This document shows positions 49,156 through 58,810 of a stretch of 64,000 nucleotides of DNA, piece after piece. Positions within the stretch are counted from its first letter, which is position 1, and every line of letters starts with the position of its first letter. The DNA comes from Gemmatimonadota bacterium (GTDB lineage: Bacteria; Gemmatimonadota; Gemmatimonadetes; Longimicrobiales; Gaopeijiaceae): contig JAXHMG010000003.1 of the NCBI GenBank assembly GCA_034521595.1, forward strand, positions 864,001 through 928,000, given 5' to 3'. The notes under the pieces were generated by a model. The model saw nothing but the letters and a program-made list of their open reading frames with translations. It did not search any database and was not told where the DNA came from. Both the position numbers and the translations under genes were made by a program.

Positions 49156-49458
49156 ATGGGTCTCGACTTCCTGGTGCCGATCTTCGGAATTCTGCTCGTG
49201 TTGGTGCCCGTGACGGGCCTCACCGCGATCCTGACGCTCCGGTACGGGGGCAAGCCGTTCGTGGAGACGCTCGCCCGAGAGCTTCGCGGGTCCGGTGCGT
49301 TGCCCGAGCCGCAAGCACAACGGCGGATCGAGGAGCTCGCGGAACAGGTCGAGCAGCTCACGGGGGAGGTCGAGCGGTTGCGGGAAGCCCAGAGCTTCGA
49401 CGACCGCCTCCTCGGCACGGAATCGGCCGAACGCCCTCCGTCGTCCCGATCTCGGTGA
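49156..49458 (+). CDS. Small membrane protein with C-terminal coiled coil
   Basis: GAGGAG RBS, one TM helix, RIEELAEQVEQL..ERLREAQSFDDRLL. Confidence 0.75.
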   Translation: MGLDFLVPIFGILLVLVPVTGLTAILTLRYGGKPFVETLARELRGSGALPEPQAQRRIEELAEQVEQLTGEVERLREAQSFDDRLLGTESAERPPSSRSR

Positions 49459-49543
49459 TCGATCTTCCGCATCAACCGTGTGACAACCGTCCCTCAGGGG
49501 TCACCTTCACCGGAGAGGCGTATGTCTGAAGCCGAGCGACGCG

Positions 49544-49572
49544 TTGACCGAGTCGGCGGCCGCCACTAGCCT
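49544..49572 (+). promoter_or_regulatory. Sigma-70-type promoter for ychF
   Basis: TTGACC-N17-TAGCCT, nearly identical boxes to the erpA promoter. Confidence 0.55.
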
Positions 49573-49632
49573 CTCACGTTCCGCGACGGCCGCCTCGGCC
49601 GTCGGCCGTCGTCTCCACACCTCCCCGCGCGA

Positions 49633-50745
49633 ATGCTCAAGGTCGGCATCGTCGGTCTGCCCAACGTGGGCAAGTCGTCCCTTTTCAACGCGCTCACGGC
49701 GGCAGGCGCACCGTCGGAGAACTACCCGTTCTGTACCGTGGATCCGAACATCGGCACGGTCGAAGTACCCGACGCGCGCCTCGATCGCATCCACGAGCTG
49801 GCCGGCTCCCGAGAGCGGGTCCCCACCGTCATCCAGTTCGTCGACATCGCCGGGCTCGTCGAGGGCGCGTCGGAAGGCGAAGGCCTGGGCAACAAGTTCC
49901 TGGGCAACATCCGCGAGATCGACGCCGTGGTGCACGTCCTCCGCTGCTTCGACCACGCGGACGTGACGCACGTCCTCGGGGACGTGGATCCGGTGCGGGA
50001 CCGGGAGATCGTGGAGACCGAGCTCGCGCTGGCCGACCTCGACACCGTCGAGCGTCGCCTCGAGCGCGTGGAGAAGAAGGCGAAGTCCGGCGAAAAAGAA
50101 GCGATCCGGGAGAAGGGCGTGCTGGAGAAGGCGCACGCGGCCCTGACGTCCGGTCGTCCCTTGCGGGGGCTCACACTGACCGACGAGGAGCGACAGGTCC
50201 TCAAGGGTTTCCAGCTGCTCACTTCGAAGCCCGTGCTCTACGTGGCCAACGTGTCCGAGCGCGACCTGCCGGAGGGTGAGAACGAGTGGACCCGAACGCT
50301 CCGCGAGACGGTGGCCGCGGGCACGGAAGGCGCGTCGGGTCAGGAAGAGATCGTGACCATCTGCAGCGCGATCGAGTCCGAGCTGGCCGAGCTCGAGGAG
50401 GACGAGCGGGCGCTCTTCCTCGCCGATCTCGGGCTCCGGGAAACCGGCCTGAACCGGCTGATCCGCGCGGCGTACGATCTCCTGGGACTCTTGACCTTCT
50501 TCACGACCGGCGAGAACGAGACCCGGGCGTGGACCGTTCGTGTCGGGAGCACCGCTCCCGAGGCCGCCGGCACGATCCACTCGGACTTCGAGCGGGGCTT
50601 CATCCGGGCCGAGACGATCCACTTCGACGAGTTCGAGCGGGTCGGCTCGTGGAAGGAGGCTCGCGACCGTGGCGTGCTCCGCTCGGAAGGACGGAGCTAC
50701 GTCGTGTCGGACGGCGACATCATGCTCTTCAGGTTCAACGTGTAG
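49633..50745 (+). CDS. ychF: Redox-regulated ATPase YchF
   Basis: GIVGLPNVGKS, NYPFCTVDPN, DIAGLV, GEGLGNKFL, FRFNV C-terminus. Confidence 0.98.
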   Translation: MLKVGIVGLPNVGKSSLFNALTAAGAPSENYPFCTVDPNIGTVEVPDARLDRIHELAGSRERVPTVIQFVDIAGLVEGASEGEGLGNKFLGNIREIDAVVHVLRCFDHADVTHVLGDVDPVRDREIVETELALADLDTVERRLERVEKKAKSGEKEAIREKGVLEKAHAALTSGRPLRGLTLTDEERQVLKGFQLLTSKPVLYVANVSERDLPEGENEWTRTLRETVAAGTEGASGQEEIVTICSAIESELAELEEDERALFLADLGLRETGLNRLIRAAYDLLGLLTFFTTGENETRAWTVRVGSTAPEAAGTIHSDFERGFIRAETIHFDEFERVGSWKEARDRGVLRSEGRSYVVSDGDIMLFRFNV

Positions 50746-50758
50746 AAAGAGGGCTCAA

Positions 50759-50786
50759 CAGCCCGTGGCAGACCTCTGGTGGGCCG
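50759..50786. repeat. Solo degenerate copy of the MITE terminal repeat
   Basis: CAGCCCGTGGCAGACCTCTGGTGGGCCG matches 7671-7698 at 25 of 28 positions. Confidence 0.85.
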
Positions 50787-50823
50787 CGTGTGAAGCGCTC
50801 CCGCTCCGCGCCACCTCACCAGA

Positions 50824-51327
50824 TCACGATTCCGCCTCGGTCGTTTCCACCTCCTCCCCGCCGGTCTCCGACAGGACGCGCACGGCGGTGTCGGCGAGCG
50901 CGTCGCTGTGGACCGATACGACCGCGGAGCCGCGCTCGAGGGCTCCGCGGTCGAGTTTCGGCATCCCCTTCCAACGGCCGATCCCGATGAGCGCCCCCAG
51001 GGTGACGCCCGCTGCCGCCGCGGTGAGCGCACCACGGATCGCCGAACCCAGCGGGTCCGCGCCGAGCGGCCCGTCGCCGGACGAGAGGGAGACGCTCACG
51101 GTCAGAACCGCCATGCCCACCGCGCCGAGCGCGGCGCCGATCACGCCGCCCGTGAGCGCGCCCCGCAGCACGCCCGCCTCGTCCCGGACCGGCACGTCCC
51201 GCTCGGCACCGGAGGGTTCACGGATGACCACCCGGATGCTGTCCGCGGGAACGCTCGCCGACAACAGCGCACGGACCGCGCGGGTCACGCTTCGCGCGTC
51301 GTGATAGATTCCCGTGGACACTCTCAT
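50824..51327 (-). CDS. Hypothetical glycine-zipper membrane protein (general stress protein-like)
   Basis: AGGAG RBS; GALTGGVIGAALGAVG motif inside an alpha/beta domain. Confidence 0.7.
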   Translation of the reverse strand: MRVSTGIYHDARSVTRAVRALLSASVPADSIRVVIREPSGAERDVPVRDEAGVLRGALTGGVIGAALGAVGMAVLTVSVSLSSGDGPLGADPLGSAIRGALTAAAAGVTLGALIGIGRWKGMPKLDRGALERGSAVVSVHSDALADTAVRVLSETGGEEVETTEAES

Positions 51328-51356
51328 GCTCTCCTCCTGATACCGCGTGATCCCGT

Positions 51357-51629
51357 ATGAACGTCACCCACGATGAGCGAAATGCCCGCTTCGTGCTCGA
51401 GCACGAAGGCACGCGCTCCATGGTGCAGTACCGGATGAGGGACGACAACATCATGCATCTGATCCGGACCTGGGTCGCACCGGAGTTCCGTGGCGGCGGC
51501 TTCGGGGTGCTGCTGGTCCGCGAGGCGCTCGACTACGCGCGCGCTCATGATCTGGAAGTCACCACGTCGTGCTGGTTCGTGGACGAATTCCTCGAGCGCA
51601 CCCCCGAGTACCAGGACCTGCGGGCGTGA
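51357..51629 (+). CDS. Minimal GNAT acetyltransferase (YjdJ/Acetyltransf_CG type)
   Basis: TWVAPEFRGGGFG, ALDYAR, SCWFV. Confidence 0.88.
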   Translation: MNVTHDERNARFVLEHEGTRSMVQYRMRDDNIMHLIRTWVAPEFRGGGFGVLLVREALDYARAHDLEVTTSCWFVDEFLERTPEYQDLRA

Positions 51630-51689
51630 CGCGGCCGGCGCGCTGTCGCCCCGCCCCCGCGAGACCGCCTACTCCACCTCGACATCGGC

Positions 51690-52577
51690 TCATCCCTCGG
51701 GAAGGGAGGTGCCCGCGATGATGTCCAGGTTGGGAAGCATCACGATCTCGATCCGGCGATTGAGCCGGCGGCCTTCCGCGTTCTCGTTGGAAGCGACGGG
51801 GTGGAATTCCCCGAACCCCGCTCCGGAGACGTTTCCGGGTGGCACGCCCGCGTCGATGAGAAGGCGGACGACGGACAACGCCCGCGCGCTCGAGAGCTCC
51901 CAGTTCGAGGAGAAGCGCTCGGTGGAGATCGGCACGTCGTCCGTGTGACCTTCGACCTGGAACTCCCGCTCGTCGAGCTCCGACAACACCGAACCGATCT
52001 CCCGGAGGGTGCGGCGGCCTTCCGCCCCGATGTTGGCGCTGCCCGACGCGAAGAGGATGTCCTGCGGGAGTTGGATGACCATGCGCCCACGCACGATGTC
52101 CACTGAGACACGGTCCCCGTCGATGAGCGCCTGGAAGCGACTGATGACCTCCTCGTAGATCCGGTTGCGGTCACGGATCTCTTCTTCGATGGCACGGAGC
52201 GTGGCGAGCTGCTCTCGCAACCGCTCGTATTCACTTCCTCGCTGGTTCAGGAGGATCTGGAGGCGCTCCACTTCCTGGCGGCTCGTGTTGAGGCCGTCGA
52301 CGGCCTCGGCCCTGAGGGCTTCGAGCGTGCGTACCTCGCGCTCGAGCTCCCGGATGCGCGTCCGGAGCGTGTCCGACCGAGCCTCCGCTTCCTCGAGCTC
52401 TCGCTCGAGCTCCGCTTCGCGCTCCTCCTGCCGGGCGATGCGCTCGCGGAGCTCTTCGCCTTCCGTCCGGGCCTCGGCCAGGTCGGCCAACGCGACCTCG
52501 TGCGTGCTCTTTCGCACACAGCCCGTGAAGATCGGTAGCAGAAGGCCGAGTGCGAGCCATGCGAACCTTCCTGGCAT
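51690..52577 (-). CDS. OmpA/MotB-domain lipoprotein with long coiled coil
   Basis: Lipobox FTGC; ILFASGSA, VEGHTD, SNWELSSARA, NRRIEI. Confidence 0.9.
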   Translation of the reverse strand: MPGRFAWLALGLLLPIFTGCVRKSTHEVALADLAEARTEGEELRERIARQEEREAELERELEEAEARSDTLRTRIRELEREVRTLEALRAEAVDGLNTSRQEVERLQILLNQRGSEYERLREQLATLRAIEEEIRDRNRIYEEVISRFQALIDGDRVSVDIVRGRMVIQLPQDILFASGSANIGAEGRRTLREIGSVLSELDEREFQVEGHTDDVPISTERFSSNWELSSARALSVVRLLIDAGVPPGNVSGAGFGEFHPVASNENAEGRRLNRRIEIVMLPNLDIIAGTSLPEG

Positions 52578-52755
52578 GTATCCTCCGGAGCGTCGCTTCG
52601 AGAAGGGGGCATCGTGAATGCGCGATCAGTGATCGCGGCGCTTCAAGTTATCGGTTGAAGAGGGTCTGCGGGAGCGCGCCGAGGCGAGGTTGCTTGCCTT
52701 TGCCCGCTTCGTGACTTTCAAGCCTCCGTGCCATCGAAACCCCGAGCCACCGAGG

Positions 52756-53175
52756 ATGCCCATGAGCGAGCGACCCGAGCAAGATCTCCAGGATGATAGA
52801 CTGAGAACGGCTCCTTTGAAGCGCTTCGAAGGCCCGAGCCACGCGTTCGATCTGGATGCGGTCGCGAAGCAGCTTCGAACCGAGGACCATCCGGTCCGCC
52901 ACGGCCATCGGCAGATGACGCTGTTTCAGCGCGACCACATCACGCACGTCGTGTTCGTGTTCGACGCGGACGGGTATCTGGCCGAACACTCCGCGCCGGG
53001 TCTCGTGACCATCCACACGCATCGCGGCCGAATCGAGGTGACCGAGCGCGGCGAGGTCCACGATCTGGCCGAGGGTCAGATCCTGGTGCTCGATCCCAAG
53101 GTGCCTCACGAGGTGCGCGCCCGGGAAGAAAGCGTGATGCTGCTCACGGTCCACGTGCACCGGGACCAGCGATAA
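52756..53175 (+). CDS. Cupin domain protein
   Basis: LAEHSAPG..TIH...GRI, LAEGQILVL..VPHEVRA. Confidence 0.8.
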   Translation: MPMSERPEQDLQDDRLRTAPLKRFEGPSHAFDLDAVAKQLRTEDHPVRHGHRQMTLFQRDHITHVVFVFDADGYLAEHSAPGLVTIHTHRGRIEVTERGEVHDLAEGQILVLDPKVPHEVRAREESVMLLTVHVHRDQR

Positions 53176-53188
53176 GCATCACGTCGTA

Positions 53189-54139
53189 ATGACCTGGATG
53201 ACCTGGCTGCTGGGAGGGGTTGGGCTGGTCCTCCTCCTCGGGGGCGGCGAGGCCCTCGTGCGCGGCGCCACGGCGCTGGCGCTGAGGCTGGGGCTGTCCC
53301 CGCTGGCCGTGGGTCTCACGGTCGTCGCGTTCGGTACGAGCACACCCGAGCTCGTCGTGTCGCTGGATGCCGCCCTGGGCGGCGTGCCGGACATCGCGGT
53401 CGGCAACGTCGTCGGCTCGAACATCGCCAACGTCACGCTCATCCTGGGGTTGGCCATGCTCGTCGGGCCGGCGGCGGTGGTGGCGCGAACCGTGCGGGTG
53501 GACGCGCCGCTCGTCGTGGGTGCGTCGCTCGTGTTGGTGGTGGTGCTCGCCGACGCCTCGGTCACCCGTTTCGAAGGGGCGGGGCTGGTCGTGGCGTTGG
53601 TGTTGTTCACCGGCCTCACGCTCCTGCAGGGGCGGCGGGAATCCCGCGCGGTGAAGGAAGAATTCGCGGACGCCCTCGACGGGCCTGCCTACACCGCCGT
53701 GGTGAGTGTGGCCCTGGTCGTCGCCGGGTTGGCGGGGCTGGTGATCGGGGGGCGCCTGTTCCTGGATGCGGCCGTGCTGGCGGCTCGCCTCGCGGGGCTG
53801 TCCGAGGCAGTCGTCGGGCTCACCGTCGTCGCCGTGGGCACGAGCTTACCCGAGTTGGTGACGTCCCTGGTCGCGGCCGCAAGGGGCCAGGGGGACATCG
53901 CGATCGGGAACGTGCTCGGCAGCAACATCTTCAACGTCCTGGGGATCCTCGGGGTCACCGCGGCGATCTCACCTCTGGCTCCGCAGGGCATTTCCTGGCC
54001 GACGCTGTGGGTCATGGTCGGGTCGGCCGTTCTGGTGGCGGTGGCGGCCGGCACCGGGACCCGGATCTCCCGGATCGAGGGTGCGGGGCTGCTCCTCGGG
54101 TACGGCGCGTACGTGACCTGGTTGGTGGCGGCCGGATAG
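53189..54139 (+). CDS. Calcium/sodium antiporter (YrbG family)
   Basis: Alpha repeats GTSTPEL/GNVVGSNIAN and GTSLPEL/GNVLGSNIFN. Confidence 0.95.
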   Translation: MTWMTWLLGGVGLVLLLGGGEALVRGATALALRLGLSPLAVGLTVVAFGTSTPELVVSLDAALGGVPDIAVGNVVGSNIANVTLILGLAMLVGPAAVVARTVRVDAPLVVGASLVLVVVLADASVTRFEGAGLVVALVLFTGLTLLQGRRESRAVKEEFADALDGPAYTAVVSVALVVAGLAGLVIGGRLFLDAAVLAARLAGLSEAVVGLTVVAVGTSLPELVTSLVAAARGQGDIAIGNVLGSNIFNVLGILGVTAAISPLAPQGISWPTLWVMVGSAVLVAVAAGTGTRISRIEGAGLLLGYGAYVTWLVAAG

Positions 54140-54144
54140 CCTCG

Positions 54145-56175
54145 TCACGACATCGCGGCCGCCGCCCGCGGATCGCTCGGATGCGGACGTCCGAGTCCCG
54201 GAGGAGGCCTCCTGGTGGCGTAGAGGATCCCGAACGCCAGCAGGAGCCCCGCGACCGCGGCAACGTAGGCCCACCCCGGCGCGGTCGTGTCCGCATCGAC
54301 CCACCCGAGATGGGCCGGCACCAGGGCGATCGCGTTGTTGAGCGCGTGCCAGAGCATGGCCGGAAGCACCGAGCCGGTGAGGAGCACGGTCGCCGCGAGC
54401 AGCACGCCCAGGAAAGCCGTCGGCACGATCCTGAACAACGCGACGTGGAAGAGCCCGAACAGCGCACCGACGACCAGACAGAGCGTCACGGGGCGAAGCC
54501 GCGCCGAGAGGCCGTGGAGGAGGACGCCGCGGAAGGCGATCTCCTCGAACACGCCCGGCAGGACGGCGAGAAACAGCAGGAGCTGCCACATCGGGAGGGA
54601 ATCGCCGAGCAAGACGTTTCCGAAGCTTTCCAACACGCTCTCGGGCACCGGGAAGACGTAGGCGTCGATCAGCTCCGCGAGGCCGATGCCGGCCAGGTAG
54701 GCGGCGGGAGCGCCGATCAGGACCGCGACCCACGCTGCGGGAGGCGGTGCGCGGAGGAAGAGCACGCGTACGGGATCGAGGCGGTAGACCCGGATCATGA
54801 GCGCGGTCCCGCCGCCGAAGAGTACGACGAGATTGACGAACACCTGCCCGCGGATGCCGAGAGCTTCTCCGAACCACAGGGACACGGTGAAGAAGAGGGC
54901 CCAGATCACGGCGAACCACCGGAGAACCCGTCTCGGAAAGAGCGCGGGACCGCCCTGCAGCTCGGCCGGATCGACCGCACCACCGCCGATGAGGCGCTCG
55001 GCGGAGAGGCTCCGCTCGGTGAGCCTCGTGAGCCCGTACCCGGCCCCGGCCGTAGCGCACCACGTGATCAGGAGGAACGGCCAATCGTGCTGGCTCAGGA
55101 CGACCTCACGCACGGCGACCCCGATGCCCGCCACGGGCACGAAAGCGATCGCGGACCGGAGCTCCATGCCCGGGAGCATCCCGGCCACGGAGAGCGCGAC
55201 GAAGACCAGCAGGACCGGAAAGAACGCGATCTGGAACTCCTTGTAACCGTCCACGCGTCCGGACAGGAGGAGGAGCGCGCTGGCGACGAGCACGGTGAGG
55301 GGGGCCAGGAGCAGGAGCACGAGGAGGGTGTCCAAGGCCGTGAGCGAGAGCGCGAGGTGCTCGGGGAGCTCGATCACGCCGAGCCCCAGGTAGACGAGCA
55401 GGTTGGCGGTGTTCACGGCCACGAGGACCAGCCCGAGCAAGACGATGGCGAGCACTTTCGCCCGGACGATGTCTGCGCGGGCGAGACCCGTGGTCAGAAG
55501 CGTCTCGAGCGTGCCGCGCTCCTTCTCGCCGCTCAGGGTGTCGACCGCGGCGATGGAACCCCCCGTGAGCATCAGGAGGAGCACGAACGGGGTCAGGGCC
55601 AGGCCCAGGAGCGCGCCGCCTTCCCGCTCCGCACCCGCGATGTTGCGCGGCACGACCTCCGCCACCCGGTCGGGTGGCACGGGAAGGCCGGCCGCCACCA
55701 GGGCGCTGTCCCGCCGGGCCCCCCGCACCCGCTCGAGCCGCTCGGCCAGGTCCGAGGCGGCGGCACGGGAGAGGTCGCTGCTTGCCCGGTAGTGGAGGCG
55801 TACGCCGGGGGCGTCGGCAGCGCCGAAGCCTTCGACCACGACGTGCAGATGTTCGGCCGCCAGCAGCGAGTCCGGCTGCTCCACCTGCCGCTCCTCGAAC
55901 CTCATCCTCGGCCCGGCGGAGTCCGTAGCCGCCGCTTCGGCCTCGTCGAGCGCCGCGAGGAGGAGCGCACGCGTCCAGTCTTCCCGCTCACCCGAGACCG
56001 CGTAGGTGAACACGGTCTCCTCCATGCGCTCCGCCTCGCCTCGCTCCACGGCTCGCATGACGAGGATCAGGGCGGGGAAGACCACCAGTGGCAGGACGAA
56101 GGCGATGAGGAGCATGCGGGTGTCGCGCGCCAACATGCGGAGCTCGTGCGCGAGCAGCGGGCGGATGCGCCTCAT
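54145..56175 (-). CDS. NatB-like ABC-2 permease fused to a CPBP (CAAX protease II) domain
   Basis: GEKERGTLETLL; FEEIAFRG, FGLFH, MLWHALNN. Confidence 0.92.
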   Translation of the reverse strand: MRRIRPLLAHELRMLARDTRMLLIAFVLPLVVFPALILVMRAVERGEAERMEETVFTYAVSGEREDWTRALLLAALDEAEAAATDSAGPRMRFEERQVEQPDSLLAAEHLHVVVEGFGAADAPGVRLHYRASSDLSRAAASDLAERLERVRGARRDSALVAAGLPVPPDRVAEVVPRNIAGAEREGGALLGLALTPFVLLLMLTGGSIAAVDTLSGEKERGTLETLLTTGLARADIVRAKVLAIVLLGLVLVAVNTANLLVYLGLGVIELPEHLALSLTALDTLLVLLLLAPLTVLVASALLLLSGRVDGYKEFQIAFFPVLLVFVALSVAGMLPGMELRSAIAFVPVAGIGVAVREVVLSQHDWPFLLITWCATAGAGYGLTRLTERSLSAERLIGGGAVDPAELQGGPALFPRRVLRWFAVIWALFFTVSLWFGEALGIRGQVFVNLVVLFGGGTALMIRVYRLDPVRVLFLRAPPPAAWVAVLIGAPAAYLAGIGLAELIDAYVFPVPESVLESFGNVLLGDSLPMWQLLLFLAVLPGVFEEIAFRGVLLHGLSARLRPVTLCLVVGALFGLFHVALFRIVPTAFLGVLLAATVLLTGSVLPAMLWHALNNAIALVPAHLGWVDADTTAPGWAYVAAVAGLLLAFGILYATRRPPPGLGRPHPSDPRAAAAMS

Positions 56176-56948
56176 GACAGGTCGCCGAGGTCGTCTTCCT
56201 CGTCACCTTCGAGGCCGGCGACGAAGATGTCCTCGAGGTAGTGGAGCCCCGTCCGCGCGCGGTGTTCCTCCAGCGTGCCCTCGGAGAGGATGCGGCCCCG
56301 GTGCATGATCGCGATCCGGTCGCACACCCGCTCGGCCTCGGGCATCACGTGGGTCGAGAAGATGATCGCTTTGCCGAGGTCCCGGAGCTCCCTCACGATC
56401 CGGCGCAACTCCAGCGCGTTGACCACGTCCAGGCCGACGGACGGCTCGTCGAACACGAGCACGGGCGGGTCGTGCGCCACGGTCCTCGCGATCGCCACCT
56501 TCTGCTTCATCCCGCTCGAAAGCGTGTCGACCCGCGCGTCGGCGTATCTTCTGATGCCGAAGCGGTCGAGGAGTGCATCGACCCGCCCCTCGATGCGCGC
56601 TTCCGGATAGCCGTTCACCCGTGCGAAGAAGCGGAGCGTCTCCCGGGCCGTCAGGCGGGGGTAGAGCGCTGTCGACGCGGAGTGGAAGCCGATGCTGCGA
56701 CGCACCCCCTCGGGGTCGTGCCGGACGTCGTGCCCGTCCACCGTGGCCGAGCCCTCCGTGGGCTCGAGGATGGTCGCGAGCACCCGTAGCGTGGTCGTCT
56801 TGCCGGCGCCGTTCGCGCCCAGGAGGCCGAACACCTGGCCCGGCTCGCATACGAAGTCGATCCCGTCGACGGCCTGGATGCGACCGCGTCCACGGTCCCA
56901 GAACGTCTTGACCAGCCCGCGGACTTCGACCGTCCGGTCCTCCTTCAT
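56172..56948 (-). CDS. NatA-like ABC transporter ATP-binding protein
   Basis: GANGAGKTT, LSSGMKQKV, VFDEP, FSTH; start at ATG 56948. Confidence 0.95.
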   Translation of the reverse strand: MKEDRTVEVRGLVKTFWDRGRGRIQAVDGIDFVCEPGQVFGLLGANGAGKTTTLRVLATILEPTEGSATVDGHDVRHDPEGVRRSIGFHSASTALYPRLTARETLRFFARVNGYPEARIEGRVDALLDRFGIRRYADARVDTLSSGMKQKVAIARTVAHDPPVLVFDEPSVGLDVVNALELRRIVRELRDLGKAIIFSTHVMPEAERVCDRIAIMHRGRILSEGTLEEHRARTGLHYLEDIFVAGLEGDEEDDLGDLS

Positions 56949-58264
56949 CCGACCCCCTCGGTGACGTCTCGTCGCGTTGGCGGCTCGCGATCTCCCCGGC
57001 CGGCGCGGTCCCGCACGAAGCGCCACAGGCTTCCCCCGTGCGTGCCGAGCAGGTAGTCCTCGAACCGCAACACGTATCGGGCGGTGGTGAGGCAGACGAG
57101 GATCAACGCGAAGCTCACCAGGGCCGTCACGCCGAGAAGCGGCCAAAGGAAGATCCCGTGGATCGCGTCCCGCACCGCCATGGCGATGTTCGCCACCGGG
57201 ACCAAGGCGATGCCGGCCGAGAGCGTGCGGTCGGTCTGTTGCCCGAGGATCACGGGCAGGAGCGCGAGATAGAAGACGGGGGTGACCAGCGCCTGGCCGT
57301 CTTTGAAGCTCCGGGCGAAGGAGGCCAGGAGCATCATGGCCGCCGCGAAGAACAGCGCGAGCAGAACGGCCCCGGCCCCCATGACGAGCACGGCACTGGG
57401 CGTGAGGCTGACCGCGAAGTCGGGGCCATCGGTTCCCATGCCCTGAAGCGAGCCCATGACCGGGCCGAGGGAGAGCGACATCGCCCCCACGTTCAGGAGG
57501 CCCGCGACGGTGCCGAAGGCCGCCACATACAGGTATTTCGCCGTCACGATGCTGGAGCGCGAGGCCCGGGTGCTCATCACCGTCTCCCACGTTCCGCGTT
57601 CTCGCTCCCCCGCGGTCGTGTCCACGGCCGGCACCAGGCAACCGAGGGCCACGGAGATCACGAGGAACAGGGGGATCATGACGCCGAGGACCGTCGCGCC
57701 GAGCGCCTCCTCGCTCGACACGTTGCGGCGCTCGATGCGGAAGGGCTCGAGCGCCGAGCGTTCCAGGCCGAGGGCGACCGCTTCGTCGGACAACCGCTGG
57801 TCCCGGTAGCGGTCCAGGTGCGCCTCGACCCGTTCACGGGCGCGGCGGCTGCGATCGGTCGAGCGGTCGTAGTGGACGACCACCTCGAAGTTGCCCTCCA
57901 GCGCCTCGGCCCCTTCCGACGGCTCCTCGAAGACCAGGACCGCGTCGAGATCCCCGTCCTGGAGCTGCACGAGCGAGCTGTCCAGGGACTCTGTCCGTGT
58001 GGCGATCTCGAACCGCCCCTCCGCGGTCTCCGGGTCCTCGAGGGTGAAGAGCTCGGCATGGGTCTGCGTCGCACCGATAAGCGCGAGACGGGCCGGGGCA
58101 CGCTCCGACAGGCCCGTCACGAAAACCAGCGCGCTGATCTCGATCCAGAGCAGCAGCGGATAGAGCAGCACCGGAAGGAGGATGCTGTTGACGACGACGC
58201 TCCGCTCGCGCAGCGCTGAGCGGATCTCCCGTCCGAAGAGGGTTCGGACATCACGCCAGGACAC
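56945..58264 (-). CDS. NatB-like ABC-2 permease
   Basis: EIRSALRER, AGERERGTWE, ASFARSFKDGQ, multiple TM helices. Confidence 0.92.
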   Translation of the reverse strand: MSWRDVRTLFGREIRSALRERSVVVNSILLPVLLYPLLLWIEISALVFVTGLSERAPARLALIGATQTHAELFTLEDPETAEGRFEIATRTESLDSSLVQLQDGDLDAVLVFEEPSEGAEALEGNFEVVVHYDRSTDRSRRARERVEAHLDRYRDQRLSDEAVALGLERSALEPFRIERRNVSSEEALGATVLGVMIPLFLVISVALGCLVPAVDTTAGERERGTWETVMSTRASRSSIVTAKYLYVAAFGTVAGLLNVGAMSLSLGPVMGSLQGMGTDGPDFAVSLTPSAVLVMGAGAVLLALFFAAAMMLLASFARSFKDGQALVTPVFYLALLPVILGQQTDRTLSAGIALVPVANIAMAVRDAIHGIFLWPLLGVTALVSFALILVCLTTARYVLRFEDYLLGTHGGSLWRFVRDRAGRGDREPPTRRDVTEGVG

Positions 58265-58324
58265 CGGTCGTCCCACCGTCGGGCGGGCGCCCCCGCGGAG
58301 CACCCGCCCGATCCGTTGGCTCTT

Positions 58325-58543
58325 CTAGCCCTGCGTGGCCGCTAGCGAAGGATCCCAATCGCACGTCTTGTGCGATCCGTCACAAAACGGCTTGTTCGAC
58401 GAATCGCCACAGCGGCAGAGCGAGTAGGGGCGCCCTTCCGGAGTCGGGATGCTGTTGCCTTCGTGGTCGTAGAGGGGTACGTCCCCTTCCACGCGAAGGG
58501 AGCCACGGGCGGAGACGGTGATCTTGATGGCCGGGTCGGTCAC
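58325..58543 (-). CDS. CDGSH iron-sulfur domain protein
   Basis: LCRCGDSSNKPFCDGSH. Confidence 0.93.
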   Translation of the reverse strand: MTDPAIKITVSARGSLRVEGDVPLYDHEGNSIPTPEGRPYSLCRCGDSSNKPFCDGSHKTCDWDPSLAATQG

Positions 58544-58701
58544 GTCTGTGTCCTCGGTTTCTGAGCTGAGATTGCGGAATCGACCCCCAAGCATCGCGAG
58601 GCTCGGACGGCCGGCACAACCCCGGGTCGACGGTGCCGACGGGTATATCACCCTCCCGTCCCGCTCGGCTTCACGCGGGCGGCGTCCTGCCGGCGTGCGC
58701 C

Positions 58702-58730
58702 TTGGTCGGCTCGCGCGCGTCCGGTAGATT
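58702..58730 (+). promoter_or_regulatory. Sigma-70-type promoter candidate for ispG
   Basis: TTGGTC-N17-TAGATT. Confidence 0.4.
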
Positions 58731-58810
58731 TCGAGTCGGCGCCGCGGCCTTCACAGGACGCGGGCGCCGTCACCTCAGGTCCGAGCGATGGTCACCGTAG
58801 CGAGGCGCGT

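Noticed and set aside
54007-56241. 744-aa plus-strand ORF
   Set aside because: Antisense shadow of the hydrophobic permease-CPBP gene, low complexity
56949-57641. Apparent N-terminal extension on the ABC ATPase (489-aa ORF)
   Set aside because: Shadow frame over the upstream permease; ATG 56948 has a GAGGGG RBS and an ATGA overlap
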